A DNA stretch of 64,000 nt, taken from Heptranchias perlo. Its lineage: Eukaryota. The translations under genes were made by a program, and so were the position numbers. Within the stretch, counting starts at the first letter, position 1, and the number at the start of each line of letters is the position of its first letter. This document shows, piece after piece, positions 63,007 to 64,000 of this stretch. Where the stretch lies: NCBI RefSeq assembly GCF_035084215.1, contig NC_090363.1, positions 5,766,001 through 5,830,000 of the forward strand, read 5' to 3'. Below the pieces are notes generated by a model, which was given only the letters and a program-made list of their open reading frames with translations, ran no database searches and was not told where the DNA came from.

Positions 63007-64000
63007 CAGTACTGGTACACAAGGATCAAATGATGGTAATGTCAGAGTTGATAAAAATATAACAGAATAGCAATTGAAAAAGTGCTCAATAGCACCTAAT
63101 TGCCAAATATTTCTATCTTTATTTCTAACTTGACTCTTCACTATTTCTTATCGCTATGAGTAACCCTTGTGTCTAAGAATATTGTTATGCATGACACCAA
63201 CAGTGATACCTCAGTGTCAGGAAGTTGAGGTTTAAGACTGCGATTGTACTGACGGAGCCCTCGGATAATGAGACTAATCTCAGTGGTGAAAATGTACTTG
63301 CAGCAATTGCTTCTAGTCTCATGTCGTTTGCAAGTCCAATTGCAACGGCAAGAAGATAATGCAGTATCTGTTAGTGGTGTGCGATCCGCTCCGTCACATT
63401 TTTCTCTCTGTGCTGCGTGCAGGGTTTGCTTTACACCGAGGTGGTAAAGGTGAAAATCAACCCCCACCTGTTTTCAGACCGTTTTGCAGCATTGAAGAAA
63501 AAAAAGAGCCAAATGGATGGCGAAGCTTACCACCACAATCCTGTCGCAAAAGATGCTCACCAGAATTCTCTGCAGACAAACCCGTTAGTTCCCATTAAAG
63601 GATGACTTCAACCTGCCCCACCACATGTAAATGAGGACGATGCGGCATAAATAACGTCTCCCTGCCATGTCTCCAGTTGGAATCCCTAACCCGACCTCTG
63701 AGAACGCCGCCACTACATAGTGATGATGTGAGAGCACAGCAGTACCCGAGAGGCAGGTACAGCACGCCAACTTTAACATGGGAACATAGAAACATTGGAA
63801 CGTAGGAACAGGAATAGGCCATTCAGCCCCTCCGGTCTGTTCCGCCATTCAATTAGATCATGGCTGATCTGTATCTTAACTCAACCTACCCGCCTTGGTT
63901 CCCTAACCCTTAACACCTTTGCCTAACAAAAATGTTCTCATATATTTGAATCTTTGTACGGCTTTGCCTGGCCAGTGGTTTGGGCGGTTTGGGGCACTGG

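Noticed and set aside
60089-63467. Possible further exons (ORFs 60103-60327 and 63141-63467; gtaagt donor near 62350)
   Set aside because: No family similarity or consistent splice chain; they could be non-coding 5' exons but this cannot be supported from sequence alone

Overview
Eukaryotic genomic DNA, most likely from a shark (cartilaginous fish), judged from the CR1/L2 LINEs, a SacSINE1/Deu-type SINE and Penelope-type remnants. The gene content matches an MHC class III-like neighbourhood. The left part (+ strand) holds the last five coding exons of a DDAH2-type gene; its first coding exon was not found and probably lies upstream of the window. Converging on it from the - strand are two tandem NKp30/NCR3-like single VJ-type Ig-domain receptor genes, which I reconstructed by hand as 7-exon models. 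Gene A (33220->23571, ~259 aa) has an uncharged TM and a long tail with YEII and an ITAM-like YSTL-x10-YSTV. Gene B (57309->44644, ~230 aa) has an NKp30-type TM arginine and no clear signalling motif in its tail. Their V domains are only about 35-40% identical by eye, yet the leader exon is identical and the flanking promoter DNA nearly so, which suggests recent gene conversion in a paired-receptor system. Both carry a stalk Cys and a 19-nt microexon. Other signals: convergent CTCF motifs bracketing the receptor pair, an NF-kB site cluster in a DDAH2 intron, a minisatellite made of consensus splice donors, and Ser in place of the DDAH catalytic Cys. All exon models come from sequence alone and need transcript confirmation.
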